Positions 24,840 through 39,975 of a DNA stretch of 64,000 bases are shown in pieces; within the stretch, counting starts at the first letter, position 1; each line of letters starts with the position of its first letter. This DNA comes from Eledone cirrhosa (lineage: Eukaryota). The stretch covers positions 73,098,001 through 73,162,000 of the forward strand of contig OZ024747.1 of assembly GCA_964016885.1 (NCBI GenBank), in the 5' to 3' direction. The notes under the pieces were generated by a model, which was given only the letters and a program-made list of their open reading frames with translations, made no database searches and was not told the origin of the DNA. The position numbers were made by a program, and so were the translations under genes.

Positions 24840-27800
24840 ATCACCAACTAGCCATCTCCCAGCCTAACACCACCAACTAACCATCAACCAGTCTAACACC
24901 ACCAACTAACCATCAACCAGTCTAACACCACCAATAAGCCATCAACCAGTCTAACACAACCAACTAGACATCTACTAGTCTAACACCACCGACTAGCCAT
25001 CAACCAGTCTAGCACCACCAACTAGCCATCAACCAGTCTAACACCTCCAACTAGCCATCTACTAGTCTAACACCTCCAACTAGCCATCTACCGGTCTAAC
25101 ACCACCAACTAGCCATCAACCAGTCTAACACCACCAACTAGCCATCTACCGGTCTAACACCACCAACTAGCCATCAACCAGTCTAACACCACCAACTAGC
25201 CATCTACCGGTCTAACACCACCAACTAGCCATCAACCAGTCTAACACCACCAACTAGCCATCAACCAGTCTAACACCACCAACTAGCCATCTACCGGTAT
25301 AACACCACCAACTAGCCATCTACTGGTCTAACACCACCAACTAGCCATCTACCAGTCTAACACCACCAACTAACCGGTCTATCACCACCAACTAGCCATC
25401 TACCAGTCTAACACCACCAACTAGCCATCTACCGGTCTAACACCACCAACTAGCCATGTACCGGTCTAACACCACCAACTAGCCAACTACCGGTCTAACA
25501 CCACCAACTAGCCATCTACTGGTCTAACACCACCAAATAGCCATCTACCAGTCTAACACCACCAACTAGCCAACTACCGGTCTAACACCACCAACTAACC
25601 ATCTACCAGTCAAAACACGACCAACTAGCCAACTAACGGTCTAACACCACCAACTAGCCATCTACCAGTCTATCACCACCAACTAGCCATCTACCGGTCT
25701 AACACCACCAACTAGCCATCTACCATTCTAACACCACCAACTAGCCATCTACCGGTCTATCACCACCAACTAGCCATCTACCGGTCTATCACCACCAACT
25801 AGCCATCTACCGGTCTAACACCACCAACTAGCCATCTACCGGTCTATCACCACCAAATAGCCATCTACTGGTCTAATACCACCAACTAGCCATCTACCGG
25901 TCTAACACCACCAACTAGCCATCTGCTGGTCTAACACCACCAACTAACCATCTACCGGTCTATCACCACCAACTAGCCAACTACCGATCTAACACCACCA
26001 ACTAGCCATCTACCGGTCTATCACCACCAACTAGCCATCTACCGGTCTTTCACCACCAACTAGCCATCTACTAGTCTAACACCACCAACTAGCCATCTAC
26101 CGGTCTAACACCACCAACTAGCCATCTACTGGTCTAACACCACCAACTAGCCATCTACTGGTCTAACACCACCAACTAGCCATCTACCAGTCTAACACCA
26201 CCAACTAGCCATCTACCGGTCTAACACCACCAACTAGCTATCTACCGGTCTATCACCACCAACTAGCCATCTACTGGTCTATCACCACCAACTAGCCATC
26301 TACCGGTCTAACACCACCAACTAGCCATCTACTGGTCTAACACCACCAACTAGCCATCTACCGGTCTAACACCACCAACTAGCCATCTACCGGTCTAACA
26401 CCACCAACTAGCCATCTACCGATCTATCACCACCAACTAGCCATCTACCGGTCTAACACCACCAACTAGCCATCTACTGGTCTAACACCACCAACTAGCC
26501 ATCTACTGGTCTAACACCACCAACTAGCCATCTACTGGTCTAACACCACCAACAAGCCATCTACCAGTCTAACACCACTAACTAGCCATCTACCGGTCTA
26601 TCACCACCAACTAGCCATCTACCGGTCTAGCACCACCAACTAGCCATCTACTGGTCTAACACCACCAACTAGCCATCTACCAGGCTAACACCAGCAACTA
26701 GCCATCTACCGGTCTAACACCACCAACTAGCCATCTACCGGTCTAACACAATCAACTATTCATCTACTGGTCTAACACCACCAACTAGCCATCTACTGGG
26801 CTAACACCACCAACTAGTCATCTACTGGTCTAACACCACCAACTAGCCATCTACTGGTCTAACACCACCAACTAGCCATCTACCGGTCTAACACCACCAA
26901 CTAGCCATCTACCGTCTATCACCACCAACTAGCCATCTACCGTCTATCACCACCAACTAGCCATCTACCGGTCTAACGCCACCAACTAGCCATCTACTGG
27001 TCTAACACCACCAACTAGCCATCTACCGGTCTATCACCACCAACTAGCCATCTACCGGTCTAGCACCACCAACTAGCCATCTACTGGTCTAACACCACCA
27101 ACTAGCCATCTACCGGTCTAACACCACCAACCAGCCATCTACCGGTCTAACACCACCAAATAGCCATCTACCGGTCTAACACCACCAACTACTCATCTAC
27201 TGGTCTAACACAACCAACTAGCCATCTACCAGTCTAACACCGTCAACTAGCCATCTACCGGTCTAACACCACCAACTAGTCATCTACTGGTCTAACACCA
27301 CCAACTAGCCATCTACCAGTCTAACACCACCAACTAGCCATCTACCGGTCTAACACCACCAACTAGCCATCTACCGTCTATCACCAACAACTAGCCTTCT
27401 ACCGGTCTAACACCATCAACTAGCCATCTACTGGTCTAACACCACCAACTAGCCATCTACTGGTCTAACACCACCAACTAGCCATATACTGGTCTAACAC
27501 CACCAACTAGTCATCTACTGGTCTAACACCACCAACTAGCCATCTACTGGTCTAACACCACCAACTAGCCATCTACCGGTCTAACACCACCAACTAGCCA
27601 TCTACCGTCTATCACTACCAACTAGCCATCTACCGGTCTAACACCACCAAATAGCCATCTACCGTCTATCACCACCAATTAGCCATCTACTGGTCTAACA
27701 CCACCAACTAGCCATCTACCGGTCTAAGACCACCAACTAGTCATCTACTGGTCTAACACCACCAACTAGCCATCTACCGGTCTAACACCACCAACAAGCC

Positions 27801-30310
27801 ATCTACTGGTCTAACACCACCAACTAGCCATCTACCGGTCTAACACCACCAACTAGCCATCTACTGGTCTAACACCACCAACTAGTCATCTATCGGTCTA
27901 ACACCACCAACTAGTCATCTACTGGTCTAACACCACCAACTAGCCATCTACCGTCTATCACCACCAACTAGCCATCTACCGGTCTAACACCACCAACTAG
28001 CCATCTACTGGTCTAACACCACCAACTAGTCATCTACTGGTCTAACACCACCAACTAGCCATCTACTGGTCTAACACCACCAACTAGCCATCTACCGGTC
28101 TAACACCACCAACTAGCCATCTACCGTCTATCACCACCAACTAGCCATCTACCGTCTATCACCACCAACTAACCATCTACCGGTCTAACACCACCAACTA
28201 GCCATCTATCGGTCTAACACCACCAACTAGCCATCTACCGGTCTAACACCACCAACTAGCCATATACTGGTCTAACACCACCAACTAGCCATCTACCGGT
28301 CTAACACCACCAACTAGCCATCTACCGTCTATCACCACCAACTAGCCATCTACTGGTCTAACACCACCAACTAGCCATCTACCGGTCTAACACCACCAAC
28401 TAGCCATCTACCGGTCTAACACCACCAACTAGCCATCTACCGTCTATCACTACCAACTAGCCTTCTACCGGTCTAACACCATCAACTAGCCATCTACTGG
28501 TCTAACACCACCAACTAGTCATCTACTGGTCTAACACCACCAACTAGCCATATACTGGTCTAACACCACCAACTAGTCATCTACTGGTCTAACACCACCA
28601 ACTAGCCATCTACTGGTCTAACACCACCAACTAGCCATCTACCGGTCTAACACCACCAACTAGCCATCTACCGTCTATCACCACCAACTAGCCATCTACC
28701 GGTCTAACACCACCAACTAGCCATCTACCGTCTATCACCACCAACTAGCCATCTACTGGTCTAACACCACCAACTAGCCATCTACCGGTCTAACACCACC
28801 AACTAGCCATCTACTGGTCTAACACCACCAACTAGCCATCTACTGGTCTAACACCACCAACTAGCCATCTACTGGTCTAACACCACCAACAAGCCATCTA
28901 CTGGTCTAACACCACCAACAAGCCATCTACTGGTCTAACACCACCAACAAGCCATCTACCGGTCTAACACCACCAACTAGCCATCTACCGGTCTAACACC
29001 ACCAACCAGCCATCTACCGGTCTAACACCACCAACCAGCCATCTACAGGTCTAACACCACCAACTAGCCATCTACCGTCTATCACCACCAACCAGCCATC
29101 TACCGGTCTAACACCACCAACTAGCCATCTACCGGTCTAACACCACCAACTAGCCATCTACTGGTCTAACACCACCAACAAGCCATCTACCAGTCTAACA
29201 CCACCAACCAGCCATCTACCGGTCTAACACTACCAACTAGCCATCTACCGTCTATCACCACCAACCAGCCATCTACCGGTCTAACACCACCAACTAGCCA
29301 TCTACCGGTCTAACACCACCAACTAGCCATCTACTGGTCTAACACCACCAACAAGCCATCTACCAGTCTAACACCACCAACCAGCCATCTACCGGTCTAA
29401 CACCACCAACTAGCCATCTACCGGTCTAACACCACCAACTAGCCATCTACTGGTCTAACACCACCAACCAGCCATCTACCAGTCTATCACCACCAACTAG
29501 CCATCTACCGGTCTAACACCACCAACTAGCCATCTACCGGTCTAACACCACCAACTAGTCATCTACTGGTCTATCACCACCAACCAGCCATCTACCGGTC
29601 TAACACCACCAACTAGCCATCTACCGGTCTAACACCACCAACTAGCCATCTACCGGTCTAACACCACCAACTAGCCATCTACTGGTCTAACACCACCAAC
29701 TAGCCATCTACTGGTCTAACACCACCAACTAGCCATCTACTGGTCTAACACCACCAACTAGCCATCTACTGGTCTAACACCACCAACTAGCCATCTACTG
29801 GTCTAACACCACCAACTAGCCATCTACTGGTCTAACACCACCAACTAGCCATCTACTGGTCTAACACCACCAACTAGCCATCTACTGGTCTAACACCACC
29901 AACTAGCCATCTACTGGTCTAACACCACCAACTAGCCATCTACTGGTCTAACACCACCAACTAGCCATATACCGGTCTAACACCACCAACTAGCCATCTA
30001 CCGGTCTAACACCACCAACTAGCCATCTACCGGTCTAACACCACCAACAAGCCATCTACTGGTGTAACACCACCAACAAGCCATCTACTGGTCTAACACC
30101 ACCAACTAGCCATCTACTGGTCTAACACCACCAACTAGCCATCTACTGGTCTAACACCACCAACAAGCCATCTACCGGTCTAACACCTCCAACTAGCCAT
30201 CTACCTGTCTAACACCACCAACTAGCCATCTACTGGTCTAACACCACCAACAAGCCATCTACTGGTCTAACACCACCAACAAGCCATCTACTGGTCTAAC
30301 ACCACCAACA
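24840..30310. repeat. 29-bp tandem satellite, ~190 units (CACCACCAACTAGCCATCTACYGGTCTAA)
   Basis: Head-to-tail units with point variants and a 28-bp variant (CTACCGTCTATCA). No unique spacers. Confidence 0.97.
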
Positions 30311-31519
30311 ACCTTTTGTGTGTCTTTAGTGGAAACATCTTTATTGTAAGAATTCGGTTTGAGGTTTAATGATAAATTACAGCCTCCGTTTATTGGCCTT
30401 CGGAGATCTAGCATAGGTTGCAGGCCACTCACCTCCTTCTCTAATTCAAATATTAGAAAACCAAAAAAAAAAGAAAGAAAAGAAAATTAATCAAAAGAAC
30501 CAGAAGCATTCTTGTCTTTCAACTGAATAACCTAATTTCTATGTTCTCTAGTCGTGTCATAATGAAGGATAAAATATTTGTCTGGAATCCAGACGTTCAG
30601 TGAAAATTAACATTTTGGGACCCCCCCCCCCCCTCTTAGATATATTACTAACTGTAAAAATTAGAGTGTATGTGAATTGTTCTTAATGCAATTTACGGTT
30701 TTATAGCCGAGTCTAGCCATTATACTCCACTGATGCCAGCTGATCACTACTATAAAAAAAGTTTCAGCTTAATCATACTTTAATGGAGCTGATTCATCTA
30801 TATGTTCAGTAATAATATTGTCAGTGGTGAATATTATAATGAAAGAAAGCAGTGGTGATGCCAATAGTGGTTATTATAGTGATAGAAGATTAATGGATAA
30901 ACATTTAATGCTAAGGGCTAGAGATGCATTTTCAACACAGGTTTTTCATTGGGGACTGTATTTCTTTGATCTGTACTCCAGCCGTTTCAGTGATAAGTTG
31001 TATGTGTTGTACAGATATTTAACTCAGTTAATGAAAAAGTCGGATCATAAATGACTTTCATGTTTTCTACATCATTAATGCCAATTCCTGAGAAATATCA
31101 GGCTGACAGATACTGACATCATAAAAGTGAAATGAACTAGTTCACAGCATTACTTTTAAAGCTCTTAAACTCTGTGATGACTAAACCCCAGAGACGTATT
31201 GTACTTCATCGATAGCATTTTGTTTTTTATAAATCGATAATGTTCAAATAGAATGTTAAAAAATTATTCACCAAGTTCTAGCTAATTTTCTCTCTTTTGC
31301 TTTTATCACCCAAATAATTTTCCGAAGCAAATCATTTAATTTCCCTAAATATTCTGCCTGCATCTCTTCTCACAATTCACTCTCTAATCTCACCCATCCT
31401 TCATACCGCTCTCTCCATACCTTCCCCTCCATATTTTCCTGCCTCTTTCCCTCTGTTTATCTCTTTCTCACACCATCTCCCCCCTCTCTCTCTTCACACA
31501 CGCACACACATGTATGTAT

Positions 31520-31680
31520 GACGGCTAATTGTGGACTAAATTTAGTCCAGAATTAGCCGTCGAAACGGCTTGAGCTCAGACATGGGGGTCCTACTAGTTC
31601 CTATTACCCACTCTACTACTCTAAGTATTGAGTACTTTGGTGCGTTATGGTCCATCTGGTTCCTTACCACATTTCCTTCG

Positions 31681-31682
<2 letters not shown>
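31520..31682 (+). mobile_element. Truncated family A Penelope terminus with 5' fold-back
   Basis: Matches 54966-55102. Starts with a 21-bp-arm palindrome (31520-31561). Cleavage triplet is mutated. Ends in (TA)n. Confidence 0.85.
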
Positions 31683-31773
<91 letters not shown>

Positions 31774-32991
31774 GTTTTCTTCTCTTGAACAACCTCTCGT
31801 TTCTTTTTGTAGCTTTTGTTTTTGCTCTCTTTGTAATTTTTTATATTTAATATGAAACACTAAGAATATATTAAATCCGTTGAATGGTCAAAAGCACATT
31901 TTCTATGTTTGAAATTAGGAATATGTTCTTCCTTATCCATAACCGTACCATAAAACAGAAAATTACTAGAGGCATGTTGTGGCTTTATAACTTAATTATA
32001 TCTATAATAAAATATCTGATGCGGTATATCCAGCCAATTGTTTGACAACCCTTACCAGATGGCATTGACCACATACGAGGCCACTTTGTGAAAAGTGATG
32101 AACATTCTCGTAACTTGCTTCCATCTTGTCTAACGAAGGTACCTGCGAAAATGACATCAGTCGTAGAATTAAGACTGTCCGCTTGTATATAGCAGGATGG
32201 TTCACCGTGTGTAAAAATGAAAAGCATGGTTTTTTTAAGCAGTTGTCCCCTGTACCCTATTTTATGCTTGGGAGATTTAGACTTTGTGTCGTCGAGATTT
32301 AAAACTGTTTGAAACATTCCAATAAACAAAACTGTGTCGCATCCTTTACATTCTTAGGAAAAACAACGAGGTTCTCTTAAGAGCCTCTCTTCCCAGCATT
32401 GAATCTACAATAGTACGTCATTGATATGTTGGGAAATAAATACTTTCAGAATGATGCCTACTAGATTGTCACAAATCACCCTCTTTAGATAACTTAGTAA
32501 TGGCAAAAGAGATCACGTGGTGCACCTAATCGACGCTTGATTGATCAACTTCTCTCATCTCTGATTCAGGCAGAAATCTGCTTAGATATTTCAAGGGTGT
32601 CAGCCGGGAAATCTAGAACTGCGCCGTCAAAGTAAGTTCTAATGCTTTTGAAAACCACCGGTCAATGCCCCCTAAAAGGAAAGTGAAAATGAACGAACCA
32701 CGTGATCCTGCAACATATATCAATGGCTATTCCATAACAGACTGGAATTGTCCCACCATGTCTGTTATAGATATCATAACAACAGCATTAACTGAATCTA
32801 GAAACAACTAATGTATGGAACATAGCTGACATCACCACCACCGCCACCGATTCTCTACAACATATATATTCTAAGAGGAAACTCAATTGAATACGAAGCA
32901 TATAGACGTTGGAAATTAAACTCCAGACATATTCTCACCATAAACACACCAGCCGCATCATGTAAAGCTTGCAATCATTATATCTGAAATA

Positions 32992-33168
32992 GGGCGGTGG
33001 ATTGGCAGTATCGGTAGAGGGTCGGACACCATGCTTTGCAGCAAAGAGTCTGAGTTCAAATCCCGCCGAGGTTAACTTTACCTTTCATCCTTATGGGGTC
33101 GATAAAATAAAGTACCAGTAATACACTGGGATAATTGCTGGCCTTGTGCCCAAAGTAGAAACAATTAT
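32992..33168 (+). mobile_element. tRNA-derived SINE (family 1; central domain resembles the Nin/Deu SINE domain)
   Basis: A box TGGCAGTATCGG, B box GAGTTCAAATCC, body CCTTTCATCC..GGGGTCGATAAAATAAAGTACCAG, tail GGCCTTGTGCC..AGAAACAATT. The domain name comes from memory of SINE consensus sequences. Confidence 0.88.
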
Positions 33169-34179
33169 ATCTATCATTAGTCAATGCATCATCTTTTTAC
33201 ATTCAACAACTTCTATTTCGTTGCGTGAAGGACGAATTAAACTGTTTATTCAAACATAAAAATATTTATTCAAATATAAACGGTTTTTTATGGTGCAGAA
33301 ATATTAAATGAGAAACCATTATGGTGAAGAAATACCTAATTTAGTTAAATTAAGGGTTCCTTTAAAGGATCAAACAGAGAGAATAGTAACAGAGTTAATA
33401 GACATTTCTATAGAAAGACTCTAGAATATGTTAAATAAAGAAACAGTTAAACATTACTATAAATGTAACAAAAACTACAACCAAACAAAAACAACAACAA
33501 ATAACAAAATCAAAACAAAAACAAATAACACAAATATAAACCATAAATATTTTTGCAATATTATCGAGATGGTTTTAAGTAGCTTAACGTAATCTTGTCT
33601 TCGAACAATCGAGTTATAATTCTTCTAATCCTTTTATTTTAATCTAATCACGACTTTCACGACTTCCTTTTACTTCAACGCTGGTGGTCGGATTGTTGTC
33701 TATACAGGTATTTTAGTAACTGTCTTTTATACAGTTATTTTAGTCAATATTATCTATAGTGCTGCAAGGTGGTGGAATTTGATGACATAATATAGAGTAG
33801 GCTAAGACGGCTTTAATGGAGTTAATTCCATACGTCAATGGTGTCAGATATCTTTTCAAATTATACTGTATTCCAGCTTCACCTTATGATGAACAGAATT
33901 CTCAAAACATTTCCAAATTTGTTCCCCTTTATTCTCTTCCTCTCCCCTGTTCTCTTTACCTTTCTTTGTAACTGTTCTCTCCGTCTCTCCGAACTACTTT
34001 CCCATGTTTCTTCCCAACATCAACTAACTCCCTATCTCCTCTCTCTCTGCCCGTCCATACTTTTCTCTACTTCCTAGTCAAAAGATATCCATATCATTTA
34101 TACTTTTGTGTCCTCTGCTCCGACATTCTCTGATTCTGAGGTCATTCAGTAAGAAACATAATCAATATTTGCTTGCATG

Positions 34180-34522
34180 GTTCCGTAACTCCCGAGGGCG
34201 CCATTGGGGCGCCATATTGACATACAGCGCTTTTAGGGCACTTTAAAACCTGGTGGAGACCACCCCTTTCCGGGTCTGTATACAGCAGATTTCCTCCAGA
34301 GAAGGTGAGAGAGAGAGTGAGAGAATGGAAGTGAGAAAGAGATATAGAAGAGATATAGAACAATCAACCCTAGTAATTGACTGATACTATTTTTTTTATT
34401 GTCCTCGAATCGATGAAAGGCAAAGTTGACCTCGGTGGGATTTGAACTCAGAAAAAAGTTGGAATGAGTACCGCAAAGCATTCCATCCGACATTCTAGTG
34501 ACTCTGCCATTTCGCCGCCTTA
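34180..34522 (-). mobile_element. Family 2 SINE
   Basis: Reverse-complement homology to 12463-12957. Confidence 0.7.
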
Positions 34523-35052
34523 TACAGACATCGAATAAGACTGAAATCAGTTTCAAATGTCACAAATATATAGATATATTGCCATGCCTGGCGTTTTATC
34601 ACTGTAGTGATAAAATAGTGATAACTATACACAATCGTTAACACAGATGTAGAGTCTAATTCTCATTTTGTATCCACTTTCGCTTTGTTTATCTTCTGAA
34701 ACATCTTGTTGAAAATATGCAAAATACAAGAGTCAATTGTTTATATTCAAAAATACTTTCTTTTCTAAACGCGCAGCTATGAAGGAACATCATATCTTTT
34801 GTTGATATCTTTGACGTCTGAATTTGTAAACGAATTTTAAATGAAAATAATATATGGTACATATGTGGCATAATGTCGACAATTTATTAAAATCAGTTGT
34901 TGACAGAGAAATAAACAAACATTATTGAATAAATTACATGCCAAAGTAGAAGGCAGTCGCTGAAGGATATTTACTGAAATATAGACAAACAATTTTATGT
35001 AGAAACAAATCTATGTATGAGAAAAGAGGAAATAAGATTTATGTATAAACAT

Positions 35053-35241
35053 AATTGTTTCTACTTTTGGCACAAGGCCAGCAATTATCCCAGTGTATTA
35101 CTGGTACTTTATTTTATCGACTCCGTAAGGATGAAAGGCAAAGTTAACCTTGGCGGGATTTGAACTCAGTGCATAAAGGGACGTAACTATGCTGCAAAGC
35201 ATGGCGTCCGACTCTCTACCGATACTGCCAATCCACCGCCC
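35053..35241 (-). mobile_element. tRNA-derived SINE (family 1) with 16-bp TSD
   Basis: TATGTATAAACATAAT at 35040-35055 and 35242-35257. Confidence 0.92.
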
Positions 35242-35689
35242 TATGTATAAACATAATGTTAGTGCTTTAGGTTTGAAGATATATATATATTAAACGAGTA
35301 ATTGTAATGATATTATGTCAGTTGAGAGGCAGAATCGGTAGAGCGTTGGACATGGAAAGATTTACTTTCATTCCTTTATGTTTCAAATACCACCGAGTCC
35401 TACTTTGATTTTCATATTTCAGAGGTTGATAAAATGAAGGACCGGCAAAGTACAGATTCGATTGAATCGATTTTATCCCTCCTCAAAATGTTCAGGCTAT
35501 GCACCTAATGTGCATGTTTGGTCTCGTAACTTCTGATGGAGTTGTAGGGACACCGTCGTGGCATACGGCGTTTCTAAGGCATTTTAAGCCTGGTGGAACC
35601 CACCCCTCTCCAGTTCTGAACACAGCAGAAGAATAGAAAGTAAGAGAGGGGGAAGTGAGAAAGAGATATAGAAGGGTGTTGGTCATAGG

Positions 35690-35930
35690 ATCATAACGTC
35701 ATGGGTTCGATTCCTGGACTGGGTTATATGTTGTTCTTGAGCAAAACACTTCATTTCATGTTGCTTCAGTATATTCAGCTGAATATGAGTATCAGCAATA
35801 GCTGGGGGTTTAATCCTGCGATGGACTGGCGTCTTTCCCAGGGGGTGGGGTCGTGTACTCTCAGTCACTTCACGCCACGGTAACCGGAATAAGCACCGAC
35901 TTGATCGGTCTTCACTCTCGAGACAGACTT
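35690..35930 (+). mobile_element. tRNA-derived SINE (family 3)
   Basis: B box GGTTCGATTCC; CTTGAGCAAAACACTTCATTTC; CTGCGATGGACTGGCGTC; AACCGGAATAAGCAC. Confidence 0.75.
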
Positions 35931-36439
35931 TAGACTTAGACCATGTCTAATGAAATTTTGAGGTTCAGTTTGAAAGTATAATACTTTGGCGCATATTTTA
36001 AAGATAACATTTGATTTTAGTTCTTACACTAGAGTCAAATCAATTACATAAATGTAAGCGAACATTTCCCAGAAGGATTGCTATCTGGATTTGAGACGAA
36101 CACAATAGTAACATATCTTTGACAAATATTTAAATCAGAAGCTAGGATTTATGATCCTTATTATAAGAATAGGTAGAAGATAGAAATATGACAATAGAAT
36201 GAGATAATAAATGCTCAAGTGTTAACATAACAAAAAGAACGGAATAGAAAATGAAAAGAACAAATATATTTGCACTGAAATGTTTTATGTGACATAAGAC
36301 ATCAAGTTACTAAGATTTTATATGTAATTAAGAGACGAAAACTACACCTGTTTTTTTTTTAAAATCTAAACAACAACAACAAAAATTATAATTAATATAG
36401 ATATCTTTAATATTGGTTTCCAACAATATTGGTTTCCAA

Positions 36440-36615
36440 CAGTTGTTGGAGAAGGGAAGTCGATTAAATCAATACCAGTGCGTTACTGTTTTTATTTTAT
36501 TTTATCGACCCCGTAAGGACGAAAGACAGCGCTAACCTCGTCGGGATTAGAAATAAGAACGTAAAGGGCTATAACTCTATACCACAAAGCACGCTCTAGC
36601 GATACTACCAATCCA
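36440..36615 (-). mobile_element. Diverged family 1 SINE
   Basis: TTTATCGACCCCGTAAGGACGAAAG..AACCTCGTCGGGATT matches the family body. Confidence 0.7.
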
Positions 36616-38057
36616 TCTCCCTGTAGATATCTCTAATAATACAATAGAAGTCATGTTTTTGTATAATTCTGTATATATCAGTCCCCGTAGCCGTCTGCAG
36701 CAGATTAGGATATATTGCAGATGAGACATAGATTGACACGGTTAACTCCTCAGATTTAAGTAATGTCACAAGTGACTGGAAAAACGACAAAGGATTTAAT
36801 AAAAATGAACATCATAGATATTACTGAATTTATTTCATATAGATTATTTTAGAAGTGTTGGAATGAACTAGTATGACAGCAAACACTCTTGAACAGAATC
36901 CATAGAAATTCTTATTCAATTATCAGGGGAAATTTTCAAGTCGAAGACAGCCCATCGATCATAAGAATAAACTTGATGAATACCAGGACATTGAATTTGG
37001 TACACCCTTCTAATATAAATTAAAGGTGCATAGCGAACAGTAGATTGACTGGCTTTACACATCAGCTTTAAAGTTTGTAACGTATATCAATAAATGTATA
37101 TATTTATGTATGTTCTTCTGTTTTTATTATTTTATCAATTTTCACCAATAGAGAGAGAGAGAGAGAGAGAGGGAAAGAGGGAGAGATACGGTCCAACATA
37201 GAAACAAGAATCTTTCATTTCAATTTAGATAACATCAATTAGGTAAATACGTCCGTGTGTCTGTTTGTGTTTGGGTGAGTACAGATATAGGTGTTATTGC
37301 AAGCGGGAATCTATATGTTTTGAGGTATATGTGTACACGTGTCTATGTTTCTGTGTATATACATGTGTATATGAATTTATTATCTGCTGAATTTCTGAAA
37401 TATTTTACATATTTTTACAGTTGTACTTGCAACTTCCTATCTAGTCGTGCTCTTTCTGGTTCTGTGAATCTCAGCTCCTCAAGATTTGTACCGAGGCAGT
37501 TAATATGATACCCCAGACTCTCAATGATAACAGGTTCAGATCTAAGGGTGGAGTACCCGCAGATTTCTCATTAGTTCAGAATCAATATACTCCTTTTCGC
37601 TAATTCTTATCATTATATTTCCACTACTGTGGATGTCTTTATTTGATGATCGGGAACCTGAAAGAAACTTCGAGTAGCGTCTCCAACACTCTCAGCTCTA
37701 CACACACACATACACATACATACACATACACACATACTCATACACACACATACACATATATACTGAAATGTATAATTATTCCACTCTTCTTGAACTTATT
37801 GAGTACTTCATTTCGCGTAATCGCAACCAAACTGTGCAGTATTACACAACCACATACACACACACACACACAAACACACACACAATACACGCAAACACAT
37901 ACACAATACATGCATACACACAAACACACACACACATACAACAGAGGTACACAGATACTCAGTACCGAAACACACACATATTACATCCACATATATACTG
38001 TACTGAAGTGTATTATGGTAGAATATCTACAACTTCGGTATCTTATTTCCATTATGA

Positions 38058-38300
38058 TCACTGGGGTAATTGCTGGCCTTGTGCCAAAAGTAGAAACAAT
38101 TATATAGGGGCGGTGGATTTGGCAGTATCGGTAGAGGGTCGACACCATGCTTTGCAGCATAGAGTTACAACCCTTGCCATTCTGAGTTCAAATCCCGCAG
38201 AGGTTAACTTTGCCTTTCATCCTTACGGGGTCGATAAAATAAAGTACCAGTAATACACTGAGGTAATTGCTGGCCTTGTGCCAAAAGTAGAAACAATTAT
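38058..38300 (+). mobile_element. Family 1 SINE preceded by an extra 3' tail
   Basis: Tail at 38058-38102, then a full copy at 38107-38300. Confidence 0.88.
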
Positions 38301-38440
38301 GATTTGCTGTTCCACGAAAACTCATCAATTCCAATCTAATTAATCAGACAGAAGAGAATATAGAATTTAGATACGATTGCCAGTAACACTAGTATAATCG
38401 GTTAGGTTAGTTCACCTGTGGAGTGTCACCTATACTGTGC

Positions 38441-38532
<92 letters not shown>

Positions 38533-39208
38533 TACACACAAGAAAGCTATGTGCACGTGCGTATGAATATAAAGACACACTCAGACACACATTATATGGA
38601 TATGTGTGTAAATATATAGACACACACACTGACACACACAAACACACACAGACACATACACACAAACAACTATAAGTACATGTGCGGAAATATAAAAATC
38701 ACACACACAAAGAAAACTATATGTATATGCCTGTAATGTTTAGTCACATACACATACAAGCCTATACGTGTAAATATAAACACACACTCACATACGCATA
38801 CACACAAAACTATATGCACATACGAGTAAATATTAAAAAACCCAGACACACACAAGACTTTATACACATGCTTGTAAATATAAAGGCACACAACACACAA
38901 ATACACATACACACACGCGCGTGTGCCTGTGCACACACATACACCACGGATGCATGTATAAAGGCACAAACACATACGTGGATACATTAAGACACACACA
39001 ATGGAAAACAATGAATACTGTGAAAGCAAAGAACGATATCTGTGTTGACATATAAGAAATGAAGCATAAATATATATATATATGCATATGTATATATATA
39101 TATATGCATATATATATATACATATGCATATATATATATATATATGCATATGTATATATATGCATATATATATATTTATATACGTACGTATATATATATA
39201 AATTAATA

Positions 39209-39251
<43 letters not shown>

Positions 39252-39317
39252 TTAGTAGAGAAGGAACAAACTGTGAAAATTCAAGATTAACAATAGCTGT
39301 GTTGATATTCACACGTA

Positions 39318-39359
<42 letters not shown>

Positions 39360-39925
39360 TACACACACACGCACACACACACACACAGACACATACAAAC
39401 ACACACACACACACACATACAAACACACATACACGCACATGCGCATATACAGAGACAGACAGGCAGTCACACACACATATATACACACATACACAGATAA
39501 TCAGACACACACATACACACATACCTATGAAGATGTTTGAAAGAAGCAATTTCGATGAATTTTCTCAGTCTATCGTATATATTTTCCATTGTTTTCACTG
39601 ACAATCTGTCTAACCCATTTAAATACTATATCTATAATATTGTTATGGTTTTCAGTAAGATATGTTAGAAAATATGAAGTCCATTCATATCATATAACTA
39701 AATATATTGGCGTATTCCAGCCTTCTTTATATATAATAAATAAAATCATACTTCTGCGAAAGATGGTCAAATTGATCAGGGATTTCAAGACTAGAAAGAG
39801 GTAGCGATATTACCACTACCTGCTAGTCGATATATCGATCTACCATGATCAATCAACCCTCTGAAACGATCGTAAAACAACGAACTAATTAACTATCTCT
39901 GACTTTTGTTTTATTTTCATTGTTC

Positions 39926-39975
<50 letters not shown>

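Noticed and set aside
24313-30310. CRISPR-like array of 29-30 bp repeats
   Set aside because: Units are head-to-tail with no unique spacers, there are no cas genes, and the context is eukaryotic.
32992-33070. tRNA genes at A/B-box sites
   Set aside because: No cloverleaf; the boxes are heads of multi-copy SINEs.
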